The notes beneath the pieces were generated by a model. It had not been told where the DNA came from. It searched no databases and saw only the letters and a program-made list of their open reading frames with translations. 58,089 bases of DNA from Candidatus Pacearchaeota archaeon (GTDB lineage: Archaea; Nanobdellota; Nanobdellia; Pacearchaeales; UBA284): assembly GCA_038894195.1 (NCBI GenBank), contig JAWAPZ010000004.1, positions 1-58,089 of the forward strand, read 5' to 3'. Position numbers and translations under genes: made by a program. Shown here piece by piece: positions 29,005-39,218 of the stretch. The first letter of the stretch is position 1, and every line of letters starts with the position of its first letter.

Positions 29005-32000
29005 ATGATGAAGCACATACTAATTAAAAAATATTTAGAACAGCATTCTCTAGTTGAATCCAATATAAAATCGTACAATGATTTTATAGAAAGAAAATTA
29101 CAAGAAATAGTTGATCACATAAATGAAGAAATCCCCAGAGATGAGGTTGAGTTATGGCTCGGAAGGATTTTTGTTGGAAAGCCACAACTCATCGAGGCTG
29201 ATGGTTCTGTCAGAGAGATACTTCCTATAGAAGCCAAGTTAAGAAAATTGACTTACTCAGCTCCAATTTATCTTGAAATAGGGGTTGGAAGTAAAGAGTA
29301 CACAAAAGTGGAGATAGGAAAAATTCCAGTAATGGTAAAAAGTAAAATCTGCAATTTAAATGGGATGACAAGAGACGAATTAATAAGGCAACAAGAAGAC
29401 CCTTTCGATACTGGCGGCTACTTTGTCATCAATGGAAATTGCAGAGCTCTTGTTATGATAGAAGAGCTTGCACAAAATCAACCTTTCGTTGAAGAAACCC
29501 AGAAAGGAGCAATCCTAAGATTATTCTCTCAGAGAGGAAGTTACAGAATTCCAGTTACTATAAATGAAACAAGTGAGGGAATAATAGCTGTAAACTTCTC
29601 CCGTTTTAAAAACATACCAGCAATCCTTCTTGTAAAATCTTTGGGAATAACAAAAGATTCTGAAATAGCTTCACTAATCGGAAAAGAATCTGATACTGCA
29701 ATAGTAAACTTATATGAATTTAGTTCAGTAAATACCTCTGAAGATGCCTTCCTAAAAATAGCAGAACATATGACGATTCAAGGAACAAAAAAAGAAATTA
29801 TAGACAGGGTTAAATTAAGAATAGATTCTGCATTTTTACCACATATAGGTACAAGTACAACTGCAAGAAAAGAAAAAGCAACGAATCTCTGTAAATTAAT
29901 TAAACTTTTTCTGCTTGCAAAAGAGGGTAAATTTAAGGTCGATAAAGACCACTACGCAAACAAAAGAGTCAAACTAAGTGGTGATTTACTTACAGATCTC
30001 TTTAGAGTAAACTTAACAATACTTATTAGAGATCTCCAGCATAGTCTACAAAAAATAGCCCGCAAGAAAAAATTTTATTCTATAAAAAGTTTAGCAAAAT
30101 CGACATTATTTTCTCATAGAATTGAGAGTGCTTTTGCCACAGGTTCTTGGATCGGTGAGAGGACAGGAGTAACACAAAATATGGACAGAACAAACTGCCT
30201 CTCTATACTTTCACAACTTCAAAGAGTCATAAGTTTACTTCCTGGAGAACAAGAAAATTTCAAAGCAAGGACCCTGCATCCTACACAATTCGGAAGATTT
30301 TGCCCTATCGAGACACCTGAAGGAACTGCAATAGGTCTAAGAAAAAACCTTGCACTTCTCTCTAGAATAAGTACAGACACAAATATGAACGAGAGAGAAT
30401 TTATTTCAGTGCTCGAAAAAATAGGGATGAAAAAACAAGGTAAAACAGATATATACCACAATGGAAAATTTATTGGATGTAGCGACGATGCTGAAAATTT
30501 TATTAATTTGGTAAGAGAAAAAAGACGCGTACAAGAATTTCCTTACGAGTTAAGTGCAAGATACGACAAAACAACAGATAGCATTTTTCTGAGCACAGAT
30601 ACTGGTCGGGTCCTTAGACCATTAATAATTGTAAAAGATGGAAAGTCTACTCTTAAAGAATCTTACGTAAAGGACCTTGAAGACAACAAGATTACATGGG
30701 ACGAATTACTAAAAAAAGGGATTATAGAGTACATAGATGCTGCAGAAGAAGATAATCTTTACGTGGCGTTGTACGAAAAGGATATTACGCCAGAACACAC
30801 TCACCTTGAAATAGATCCAGTAGCTATGTTTGGTTTGATAACCTCTTTAATTCCTTTTGCAAACCACGACCAGTCAGCAAGATTAAACAAAGTAGGTAGA
30901 GCACAAAAACAGGCTCTTGGGGTTTATTCAGCTAACTTTCTAGATTTGATAGACAGTGATGTAAGTTTACTTCATTACCCTCAAAAACCTTTAGTCAAAA
31001 CCTTCGTTTATGATACTGTTAAGATGTACCCTGCTGGTCAGAATGTTGTAGTAGCAATAATGCCATACCAAGGATACAACATGAGTGATGCAATTGTAAT
31101 AAATAAAGGTAGTGTTGACAGAGGGTTTGCAAGAAGCACTTTTTTCAGGCCCTACACTGCAACAGAACTTCATTATACAGGTAACTTGCGTGACAAAATT
31201 TGTATCCCAACTAAAGATATTCGAGGTTACAGAACAGAAAAAAGTTATCGTTTTCTCGAAGAAGACGGGGTTGCTTATCCTGAAGCTGAGCTTACAGAAG
31301 AAGACACAGTAATTGGGAAAATTTCCCCTCCAAAATTCATGTTAGAAATGGAAGAAATTTCTTTAGCCAAAGCAAAAAAAGAAAGTAGTGTAGTTATACG
31401 GCAAGGAGAAAAAGGAATAGTAGATGCTGTATTTACAAGCATAGACGGCGAAGGTCGTAGAATGGTGCATGTAAGGATGAGAGACAACAGAATTCCAGAG
31501 ATAGGTGACAAATTTGCTTCACCACACGGACAAAAGGGGGTTATAGGATTGATCGTTCCTGAAGATGATTTGCCGTTCACAAGTAACGGAGTCCGTCCAG
31601 ATGTTATTTTTAATCCGCATGGAATTCCAAGCAGATTGACTGTGGGCTACCTTCTTGAATTACTTGCAGGAAAAATAGCTTGCTTGCAGGGAAAATGCAT
31701 AGATGGAACTGCATTCAATAACATGAAAGCAGACGAACTCGAAAAAATGTTGCTTGAGCTTGGCTTTAGAAAAGATGGAAAAGAAACATTGTACGACGGT
31801 GTAACGGGCAAACCCCTAGAAGCTAAGATTTTTATTGGTAACATGTATTACTTAAAATTAAAATACATGGTAGCCAATAAGATTCAAGCTCGTGCTACCG
31901 GGAAAGTTACCTTACTTACAAGACAACCTGTAGAAGGAAGAGCAAAAGCAGGAGCATTGCGTTTAGGAGAAATGGAAAAAGATGCTTTAGTTGCGCATGG

Positions 32001-32238
32001 AGCAAGTCTTTTGCTGAAAGAAAGATTCAGCTCTGACAATGTAATAATATACATCTGTTCTAGTTGTGGTGCACTTCTCGGAAAAAGCAAACTAAAGAAA
32101 AAACACCCGTGTCTTGTATGTGGTAGTTACAAGATAGAACCAGTAGAAATATCCTATGCCTCAAAACTATTAATGGAAGAGCTTATCTCATTGCATATTT
32201 TTCCTCATTTTAAATTAAAGAATAAGTACGAAGATTAA
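29005..32238 (+). CDS. rpoB: RNA polymerase subunit B (Rpo2), unsplit
   Basis: GGYFVING, CPIETPEG, GDKFASPHGQKG, LRLGEMEKD; ATG at 29005 preferred over TTG at 28990. Confidence 0.97.
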   Translation: MMKHILIKKYLEQHSLVESNIKSYNDFIERKLQEIVDHINEEIPRDEVELWLGRIFVGKPQLIEADGSVREILPIEAKLRKLTYSAPIYLEIGVGSKEYTKVEIGKIPVMVKSKICNLNGMTRDELIRQQEDPFDTGGYFVINGNCRALVMIEELAQNQPFVEETQKGAILRLFSQRGSYRIPVTINETSEGIIAVNFSRFKNIPAILLVKSLGITKDSEIASLIGKESDTAIVNLYEFSSVNTSEDAFLKIAEHMTIQGTKKEIIDRVKLRIDSAFLPHIGTSTTARKEKATNLCKLIKLFLLAKEGKFKVDKDHYANKRVKLSGDLLTDLFRVNLTILIRDLQHSLQKIARKKKFYSIKSLAKSTLFSHRIESAFATGSWIGERTGVTQNMDRTNCLSILSQLQRVISLLPGEQENFKARTLHPTQFGRFCPIETPEGTAIGLRKNLALLSRISTDTNMNEREFISVLEKIGMKKQGKTDIYHNGKFIGCSDDAENFINLVREKRRVQEFPYELSARYDKTTDSIFLSTDTGRVLRPLIIVKDGKSTLKESYVKDLEDNKITWDELLKKGIIEYIDAAEEDNLYVALYEKDITPEHTHLEIDPVAMFGLITSLIPFANHDQSARLNKVGRAQKQALGVYSANFLDLIDSDVSLLHYPQKPLVKTFVYDTVKMYPAGQNVVVAIMPYQGYNMSDAIVINKGSVDRGFARSTFFRPYTATELHYTGNLRDKICIPTKDIRGYRTEKSYRFLEEDGVAYPEAELTEEDTVIGKISPPKFMLEMEEISLAKAKKESSVVIRQGEKGIVDAVFTSIDGEGRRMVHVRMRDNRIPEIGDKFASPHGQKGVIGLIVPEDDLPFTSNGVRPDVIFNPHGIPSRLTVGYLLELLAGKIACLQGKCIDGTAFNNMKADELEKMLLELGFRKDGKETLYDGVTGKPLEAKIFIGNMYYLKLKYMVANKIQARATGKVTLLTRQPVEGRAKAGALRLGEMEKDALVAHGASLLLKERFSSDNVIIYICSSCGALLGKSKLKKKHPCLVCGSYKIEPVEISYASKLLMEELISLHIFPHFKLKNKYED

Positions 32239-32258
32239 AATGAAAGTTATCCGCTAAA

Positions 32259-35200
32259 ATGCCGCAACCAATATCAAAACAAGTAAAAGAAATAAAATTT
32301 TCATTATTCAGTCCTGAACAAATTAAAAAATATGCCGTAGCAAAAATAGTTACTCCAGAACTTTACGACATGGATGGTTATCCGGTAGATGGCGGCCTTA
32401 TGGACCTAAGACTTGGTGTTATAACCCCTGGTGTAAGATGCAGAATTTGTGGTGGCTTCATGAAAGAATGCTTAGGACATTTTGGTTACATTGAACTTGC
32501 AAGGCCTGTTTTACACATAAAATTTTTGCCATTAATAGAACTCTGCCTAAAAACTACATGCCAGCAATGCGGAAGAATTCTTCTAAATGAAGAAGATATA
32601 GAAAAGAAGAGGATTGATAAGGCAAAACAAGCAAAGAAGTGTCCTTACTGTGGGGCAAAACAAGAAAAAATAAGATTAGAAAAACCATCTTCATTTTATC
32701 AAGATAAAAAAAGACTTTTTCCAACAGAAATCCGTGATATGTTAGTGAAAATAAGCAACGAAGACTGCAAAATTCTTGGAATTGATCCAGAAAGTTGCAG
32801 GCCAGAATGGGCATGTCTCACATTGTTGCTTGTCCCACCAGTCACAACACGTCCTTCAATAACTCTTGAAACAGGGGAGAAAAGTGAAGATGATCTAACA
32901 CATAAATTGTCTGATATTGTGAGAGCGAACCAAAGACTTTGGGAAAACTTGAACGCTGGTGCACCTGAAGTCATAATTGAAGATCTCTGGGACTTATTGC
33001 AGTATCATGTAACAACATTCTTTGACAATACTCTCTCACAGGTGCCACCGGCTCGTCACAGGAGTGGCCAGCCACTAAAAACAATAACCGAAAGAATTAA
33101 AGGCAAAGAAGGAAGAATAAGACATAACCTTGCAGGTAAACGTGTAAATTTTTCCTCGCGTACAGTTGTAAGTCCGGATCCTTTTATAGAACTTAATGAA
33201 GTTGGTTTGCCTTACGAAGTAGCAAAAGTACTCACTATTCCAGAAGTCGTAACATCAACAAATATAAATTATTTAAAAGAACTTGTAAAAAAAGAGGAGT
33301 ACCCCGCGGCTGTTGCTATAGCGCGACCAGATGAAAAAAGAAAAAGGATAACTTCTGATTTAAAAGAACAGCTTGCTGATGAAATAGATGTCGGTTATAT
33401 TGTAGAAAGACAGGTTCGTGACAACGACGTGGTTCTCTTCAACAGACATCCTAGCCTACATAGAATGAGTCTTATGGGGCATTTTTCTAGAGTTTTACCA
33501 GGAAGAACATTCAGGATACACCCGGCAACTTGTTTTCCTTACAACGCTGATTTTGATGGAGATGAAATGAACATACATGTTCCGCAAACAGAAGAAGCAC
33601 GAGCAGAAGCAAAAGTTTTACTTGATGCGGACCAAAATTTGATGTCCCCAAAAATAAATGTAAACATTTTCGGTTGTGTCGATGATGCAATCACTGGCCT
33701 GTACCTTTTGAGTATAGCCGAAAGCATAGAAAAAAAAGAGGCCACACAACTTCTTTCAGAGTGCGGTCTTGAAACTAGTAAAATTTCTTGCGGAAAAGAA
33801 AAAATGTCAGGGAAAGAAATAATTTCAATTATAATGCCAAAAATAACATTTGAAATGCAAAATAAAGCCTGCAGAAAAAAAAATTGCCCTTACTTCAAAA
33901 ATTGTAAGAAACAAGATTGTCCAAATAATGCATACTTCTTAGTAAAAGACGGAAAGATCTTAAGCGGATCTATTGACGAAGAAATCCTTGGGGTAGAAAA
34001 GAATACACTCATCAAAGAGCTTGATAGAGAAGTTGGAAGAAAAGAAACAATGCGCTTCTTGAAAAGAGTTTTCTTGCTTGGAATTCTTTATTTGACTAAA
34101 AAAGGAATTTCAATTGCACTTTCGGATATAGAAACCCCGAAAGAGATTGAAAAACAAGTACAGGAGACTGTAGAAGAGGTCTATAAGAAAGTGCAAGAAA
34201 CTATTAATTCTTACAATAATAAAACAATGGAAATTTTACCAGGAAAAACAGCAGAAGAAACTAGAGAAATAAAATTGCTCCAGACCTTAAATGACACAAG
34301 ACCAAAAGCAAGTGAAATAGTTGAAAAAGGCTTAAAAAGAGATAACCCAGCATATATAATGGTGCTCTGTGGTTCTCGTGGAAGTTTACTTTACATAACA
34401 CAAATGTCCAACATTGTAGGTCAACAAGCTCTCTGGGCAAAAAGAATTAATTTTGGTTACACAAACAGAACTTTATCATTCTACAAAGAACAGGATCTCT
34501 CGCCTCGAGCTCATGGATTTGTAAGGTCAAGCTTCTTGAAGGGTTTAGAGCCAGATGAATTTTTCTTTACATCAATAACTGGACGAGACGGCCTCATGGA
34601 TACTGCATTAAGAACCCCAAAATCTGGTTATTTATCAAGAAGATTAGTGAATGCATTACAAGATATAAGGGTGGAGTATGACAAAACAGTAAGAGACTCT
34701 AACTCAAGTATAATACAATTAAGGTACGGAGACGATGGGATAGACATAACAAAAGAACACTTAAAAGAAAATGAAATAGCTCCAGGAGAAGCTGTTGGTG
34801 TTGTAACAGCGCAAAGCATAGGCGAGCCATCAATGCAAATGACATTGAATGTTTTTCATTTTGCTGGAATTTCAGAGATGCAAATTAGTGTAGGATTACC
34901 TAGGCTCATAGAAATATTCGATGCAAGAAAAAATCCTTCGACTCCTTCAATGGAAATCTATCTTGAAAAAGAATTTAACAATGAAGATGGTGCGAAAAAA
35001 ATTGCAGCACGAATAAAAGAGATTACGTTGCTCGATATAGCTAAAGAAATAACAATAGATTTCACAAATCTGAAAATAAATGTAGAACTAGACAAAGAAA
35101 TGTTAAAAAATTTAAACCTAACAAAAGAAAAAATAATAAACTCTCTCCAGGAAAAACATATAAGTGTAAGTAAAAAGGAAAACAGTTTAATAATTAAAAG

Positions 35201-35774
35201 TAAAAGCGAAGATTATAAAGGAATTTACAGGTTAAAGGAAAGATTGAAAAAAACAACAATAGTTGGGGTAAAAGGAATAACACAGGTACTTCCTGTAAAA
35301 AGAGGTAACGAATATATTATATTGACAGCAGGTTCAAATCTTGAAGAGGTCATGAAAATAAAAGGGGTGGATAAAGAAAGAACAACAACAAACAATATCT
35401 ACGAAATTGCCTCTATTTTAGGAATAGAAGCAGCAAGGCAAGCGATAATTAATGAAGCTATAAAAGTTGTAGAAAAACAAGGTATAGATATAAATAAAAA
35501 GCATATTCAACTTGTTGCGGATGCAATGACATCAAACGGTTATGTTAAGGGCGTTACAAGAGTTGGAATAATAAGTGACAAATCATCGATACTAGCAAGA
35601 GCAAGTTTTGAGACCCCAATAAAACACTTTGTCAATGCTTCTATCAACGGCTCTTCAGACTATCTTGTAAGTGTTGTTGAGAATTTGATCTTGAATCAAC
35701 CAGTCCCGATAGGGACTGGCTTGCCAGGGTTGCTCGTAAAAATAATTGACCAACAAGCTCTAGCAAGGAAGTAA
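32259..35774 (+). CDS. rpoA: RNA polymerase largest subunit, A' and A'' fused (Rpo1)
   Basis: NADFDGD, YGDDG, PGEAVG..AQSIGEP, RASFET and PIGTG in one ORF. Confidence 0.96.
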   Translation: MPQPISKQVKEIKFSLFSPEQIKKYAVAKIVTPELYDMDGYPVDGGLMDLRLGVITPGVRCRICGGFMKECLGHFGYIELARPVLHIKFLPLIELCLKTTCQQCGRILLNEEDIEKKRIDKAKQAKKCPYCGAKQEKIRLEKPSSFYQDKKRLFPTEIRDMLVKISNEDCKILGIDPESCRPEWACLTLLLVPPVTTRPSITLETGEKSEDDLTHKLSDIVRANQRLWENLNAGAPEVIIEDLWDLLQYHVTTFFDNTLSQVPPARHRSGQPLKTITERIKGKEGRIRHNLAGKRVNFSSRTVVSPDPFIELNEVGLPYEVAKVLTIPEVVTSTNINYLKELVKKEEYPAAVAIARPDEKRKRITSDLKEQLADEIDVGYIVERQVRDNDVVLFNRHPSLHRMSLMGHFSRVLPGRTFRIHPATCFPYNADFDGDEMNIHVPQTEEARAEAKVLLDADQNLMSPKINVNIFGCVDDAITGLYLLSIAESIEKKEATQLLSECGLETSKISCGKEKMSGKEIISIIMPKITFEMQNKACRKKNCPYFKNCKKQDCPNNAYFLVKDGKILSGSIDEEILGVEKNTLIKELDREVGRKETMRFLKRVFLLGILYLTKKGISIALSDIETPKEIEKQVQETVEEVYKKVQETINSYNNKTMEILPGKTAEETREIKLLQTLNDTRPKASEIVEKGLKRDNPAYIMVLCGSRGSLLYITQMSNIVGQQALWAKRINFGYTNRTLSFYKEQDLSPRAHGFVRSSFLKGLEPDEFFFTSITGRDGLMDTALRTPKSGYLSRRLVNALQDIRVEYDKTVRDSNSSIIQLRYGDDGIDITKEHLKENEIAPGEAVGVVTAQSIGEPSMQMTLNVFHFAGISEMQISVGLPRLIEIFDARKNPSTPSMEIYLEKEFNNEDGAKKIAARIKEITLLDIAKEITIDFTNLKINVELDKEMLKNLNLTKEKIINSLQEKHISVSKKENSLIIKSKSEDYKGIYRLKERLKKTTIVGVKGITQVLPVKRGNEYIILTAGSNLEEVMKIKGVDKERTTTNNIYEIASILGIEAARQAIINEAIKVVEKQGIDINKKHIQLVADAMTSNGYVKGVTRVGIISDKSSILARASFETPIKHFVNASINGSSDYLVSVVENLILNQPVPIGTGLPGLLVKIIDQQALARK

Positions 35775-35775
35775 A

Positions 35776-36078
35776 ATGACAATTCAAAGCAGTTCAGTTC
35801 AAGAACTTCTTAAAGAAACAAAAAAGAATAGATTTGTAGTTGGTTCAAAAAGGACACTAAAATTTTTTAATAAAAATTTAGTCGAAAAAATTTATCTATC
35901 TTCAGACGCCCCAGCGCAACTAGTAAAGAAGATAGAACAGGAAAAGAAGTACATGAAAAATATCAACATAGTAAAAGTAAATGCAACTAAAGAAGAACTG
36001 AAAGAGCTCTTGAAAAAAAAATTCAATATTTCAGTAATTGCAATTTTAAAAGAAAGTACAGAAAAAACAGAAAAATGA
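35776..36078 (+). CDS. rpl30e: 50S ribosomal protein L30e (divergent)
   Basis: VVGSKRTLK, KEEL...KKFNISVIAI; canonical position after rpoA. Confidence 0.75.
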   Translation: MTIQSSSVQELLKETKKNRFVVGSKRTLKFFNKNLVEKIYLSSDAPAQLVKKIEQEKKYMKNINIVKVNATKEELKELLKKKFNISVIAILKESTEKTEK

Positions 36079-36491
36079 AGGTTAAACTAGACATAAGAAA
36101 GATACAAGCAATCAACCTCTTTGAATACATAATGAATATCAAAGCAACTTACTGTTTCTCGTACAACAATTATATCGTTTTTACAATACCAGTAACAGAG
36201 ATGAAAAAAATAAAAAAATATAAAATAGACTTGCTAGAAAAAAAACTTAATTGCAAAATAAAAATAATTCCATCTCCAAAAGAAAAGAATTTTCAAGAAA
36301 TTTGCAAGTTTATAAAGGCTTTGGTGCCATATGCTTATAAAAAAATTTATCTGAAGAATAAAGAAATTACATTCTTTATACCGTCCTCAAGAGCAAAAGC
36401 GATGTTTATTGGTAAGAGTAAAATAAGATTAAAACAACTGCAAAGCGTGCTTGAAAAATTTTTCGAAATAAAGACAACCTGTGTAAAATAA
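36075..36491 (+). CDS. nusA: archaeal NusA (KH domains), divergent
   Basis: INLFEYIM, KAMFIGKSK; canonical position. Confidence 0.72.
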   Translation: MKVKLDIRKIQAINLFEYIMNIKATYCFSYNNYIVFTIPVTEMKKIKKYKIDLLEKKLNCKIKIIPSPKEKNFQEICKFIKALVPYAYKKIYLKNKEITFFIPSSRAKAMFIGKSKIRLKQLQSVLEKFFEIKTTCVK

Positions 36492-36680
36492 AAAAATTAA
36501 CAATCAATTACTAATCTACTGAAACGTTATTTTTCTTTAATATTTTTTTAGATTAAAATCATCGAATCTTCAAGCAGGGCCACCGCACATGATTACACTA
36601 CGGTGAGAACCTTGTTTAGAATGGTCTCATTTAAAATAGCATAACCATAATTATTTAAAAGGACTCTAATTTAAAAAACT

Positions 36681-36938
36681 ATGGAATATGATTTTGAAAT
36701 AAAAAAAGTGATAAAAAAAATAAAAGCAATGAAAGCAAAACTTGTCTGTTTACAATTCCCAGAAGGTCTAAAACCAAAAGCATTAGAAATCGCGGAAAAA
36801 ATAGAAAAAGAAACGAATGCAAAATGTTTAATCTGGCTTGGTTCTTGTTATGGTTCTTGTGACTTGCCACAAATCAATAATGTTAAACCAAAGATAGACC
36901 TGCTTGTACATTTCGGGCATGCTAAATTTAAAAAATAA
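36681..36938 (+). CDS. dph2: diphthamide synthesis Dph2, N-terminal domain only
   Basis: LQFPEGLK, SCYGSCD, DLLVHFGH; only 85 aa. Confidence 0.85.
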   Translation: MEYDFEIKKVIKKIKAMKAKLVCLQFPEGLKPKALEIAEKIEKETNAKCLIWLGSCYGSCDLPQINNVKPKIDLLVHFGHAKFKK

Positions 36939-36946
36939 ATCATCCA

Positions 36947-37504
36947 TTATTTTTGGCTACAAATCAAAACAGCTGCGGCAACTACTGTTGTCCACAAATT
37001 TTTTTTGCTACCTATTGCAGACTGTGTAATATTTGTTGTTCTGTATATTCCTTTTTCTATTTTCCATATTTTTTTTCTTTCATCGTAGCTTGCATTTGGA
37101 TCAAAGGATATACCTAGAGTCTCTGCAAGCATCATGGCTGCCAAATCTTCAGCATAGTCTCCAGCTTGTTCTGCTGTTTTTCCGTAATCGTGATGTTCAC
37201 TTATATATCCTATTTCAGACCTATTTGTTGGTATTGCTATCCCAACAGATGCTGTAATCAATCTACTAGGCTCATTGGTGTCATTCTGCGACATAACAAC
37301 ATGAAGAATTTGCCCTTTAGTTAGATATTCTAAACCTTTTTCTCTAGAGATTAGCTTGCATTTTGGTGGAAAAATACTAGAAACTCTAACCAAATTATAG
37401 GGCGCAATTTTGGCGTCCCTAAGAGCAGCCTCAAAAGATTTCAATCTTTCAGGACTTTGTCCTACCCCTTTGGTCAAGAAAATTTTGGTTGGAACAAGCA
37501 TCAT
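36947..37504 (-). CDS. pdaD: pyruvoyl-dependent arginine decarboxylase
   Basis: SFEAALRDA, NLVRVSSIFP (Ser-Ser cleavage site), GYISEHH. Confidence 0.92.
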   Translation of the reverse strand: MMLVPTKIFLTKGVGQSPERLKSFEAALRDAKIAPYNLVRVSSIFPPKCKLISREKGLEYLTKGQILHVVMSQNDTNEPSRLITASVGIAIPTNRSEIGYISEHHDYGKTAEQAGDYAEDLAAMMLAETLGISFDPNASYDERKKIWKIEKGIYRTTNITQSAIGSKKNLWTTVVAAAVLICSQK

Positions 37505-37561
37505 TTCTGCGTTTGAGTAATAAAAAATAGAATATAAAAATTCCTTATAAATTTATCGTTT

Positions 37562-38185
37562 TTAGCCTCCTTTGAAATAAGTTTGTGGATCAAGTCTGAA
37601 CCTAGATAATAAAATTTTTTCAAAAATTTTTAACTGCTTTACATGAAAAATATTCTGAATGCTCGAAGAAAAATTAATTAACAAACAGCTGACTTTATAT
37701 TTTCTGCACAATTTTAAATTTTGCATAATTCTTCCAAGTAAAACAGCTCTTTCTCTGTCTTTTTTGTTGAGAATATCAGAAAATCTGAAGATAATCATTT
37801 TCCTAGTCTCCTTCGCAATCTTACAAAGCACATGATTTAAACCAGAATTCCTTTGATTCAAAAAATCTTCTTTCCTGTTAAATTCTGGTGCAACTAAACC
37901 AAAAACTTTTTTATGCTTAAGAGCAGCCCTGTTTATTTCATCATTCAGACCAAGAACAAGAACATAATTAAAGTAATTTGAAGCTTTATCAATCATTCTT
38001 CTCAAAAAATTAACATTTTTAACAGAAAGTAAACAAGCATCATAATCTTTTTGTTCTTTCAAACTTTTAAAATCATTCATATCTTGAATTTCTTTAACAA
38101 ATAAAATTTTCTGAAAACCTTTTTCTCCTGCAAGTGTTATAATCTCTTTGTTCTTTAAACCAAGAAAAAAATCTATTTTTTGCAT
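37562..38185 (-). CDS. rnp3: RNase P protein Rpp30
   Basis: NRAAL, QRNSGLNHVLCKIA, NLKLCRKYKV. Confidence 0.8.
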   Translation of the reverse strand: MQKIDFFLGLKNKEIITLAGEKGFQKILFVKEIQDMNDFKSLKEQKDYDACLLSVKNVNFLRRMIDKASNYFNYVLVLGLNDEINRAALKHKKVFGLVAPEFNRKEDFLNQRNSGLNHVLCKIAKETRKMIIFRFSDILNKKDRERAVLLGRIMQNLKLCRKYKVSCLLINFSSSIQNIFHVKQLKIFEKILLSRFRLDPQTYFKGG

Positions 38186-38217
38186 AATTTTATAAATCTC
38201 AATAATTTTAAAACTTT

Positions 38218-38613
38218 ATGCAACTAACAATAAAAACGAAAAAAAGAGAGGAACTTATTGATATAACTAAAGAAATAGAAGTGCTAATTTCAAAAAGCAA
38301 AATCAAAGAAGGTTTATGTTTCTTGTTTGTGCCACATGCAACTGCCGGCTTAACAATAAATGAAAATGCTGATCCGAATGTAAAACAAGATATCTTAAAT
38401 TTTTTATCAAAACTGGTACCGCAAGGAAAATGGTCTCATGATCAAGTTGACAGAAATGCAGATGCGCATATAAAATCTTCACTTATTGGATCAAGTGTGG
38501 TTGTACCAATCCAGAATGGCAAACTTCAACTTGGAACCTGGCAAGGTATAATGTTTTGCGAGTTCGATGGACCTCGTGAAAGGAAAGTTATACTAACTTG
38601 CATTGAAAGATGA
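38218..38613 (+). CDS. yjbQ: YjbQ/UPF0047 family protein
   Basis: PHATAGLTINENADP, NADAHIKS, LGTWQG..FCEFDGPR. Confidence 0.92.
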   Translation: MQLTIKTKKREELIDITKEIEVLISKSKIKEGLCFLFVPHATAGLTINENADPNVKQDILNFLSKLVPQGKWSHDQVDRNADAHIKSSLIGSSVVVPIQNGKLQLGTWQGIMFCEFDGPRERKVILTCIER

Positions 38614-39218
38614 CTCAAAAAAAACTATTCATCGTCTTTGATGGCATAGATGGAGACGGTAAGACAACTCAAGTAATGTTGCTCAAGGAATATCTGGAAA
38701 AAAGGGGGTTTAAAGTTTTTTCAACATCCGAACCAACGAATAGCGAATACGGAAAACAAATTGATAATCTGCTTAGACAAAAATTTGCCTCAAGAGTGAG
38801 CAAGGAAAAATGGCTCGAGCTCTTTACAAAAGACAGCAAGGAGGACGAAAAATTAATAAAATCTGCTCTTGACTCTGAACAAATAGTTATAGCCGATAGA
38901 TATATTTACAGCACCTTGGCGTATCAACTAGAAGAAAAAGAATGGCAGTCCTATACAGAACAATTCATTAAGCCAGATCTGGTATTCATACTAGACCTAC
39001 CAATAAAGGTTGCAATAGAAAGAATAAAAAAGAAGTATGAAAAAACAAAAGAAAAAAAATCTTATTTCGAAAAAACAAAAATATTAAGAGAAGTGAAAAA
39101 AAAATTTCTTGAACTTCCGAGATTCCTGAATCATAACATAAAAATTATTGATTCTAATAGAAAAATCGAAGAAATTTTTAATGATATTAAAAAAGAGGTT
39201 GAACTTTTACTTCACTGA
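38610..39218 (+). CDS. tmk: thymidylate kinase
   Basis: DGIDGDGKTTQ, DRYIYSTLAYQ, KPDL. Confidence 0.93.
   Translation: MTQKKLFIVFDGIDGDGKTTQVMLLKEYLEKRGFKVFSTSEPTNSEYGKQIDNLLRQKFASRVSKEKWLELFTKDSKEDEKLIKSALDSEQIVIADRYIYSTLAYQLEEKEWQSYTEQFIKPDLVFILDLPIKVAIERIKKKYEKTKEKKSYFEKTKILREVKKKFLELPRFLNHNIKIIDSNRKIEEIFNDIKKEVELLLH

Noticed and set aside
33860-33935. Cys-rich insert in RpoA (CRKKNCPYFKNCKKQDC)
   Set aside because: Corresponds to a zinc-binding segment common in archaeal A' subunits.
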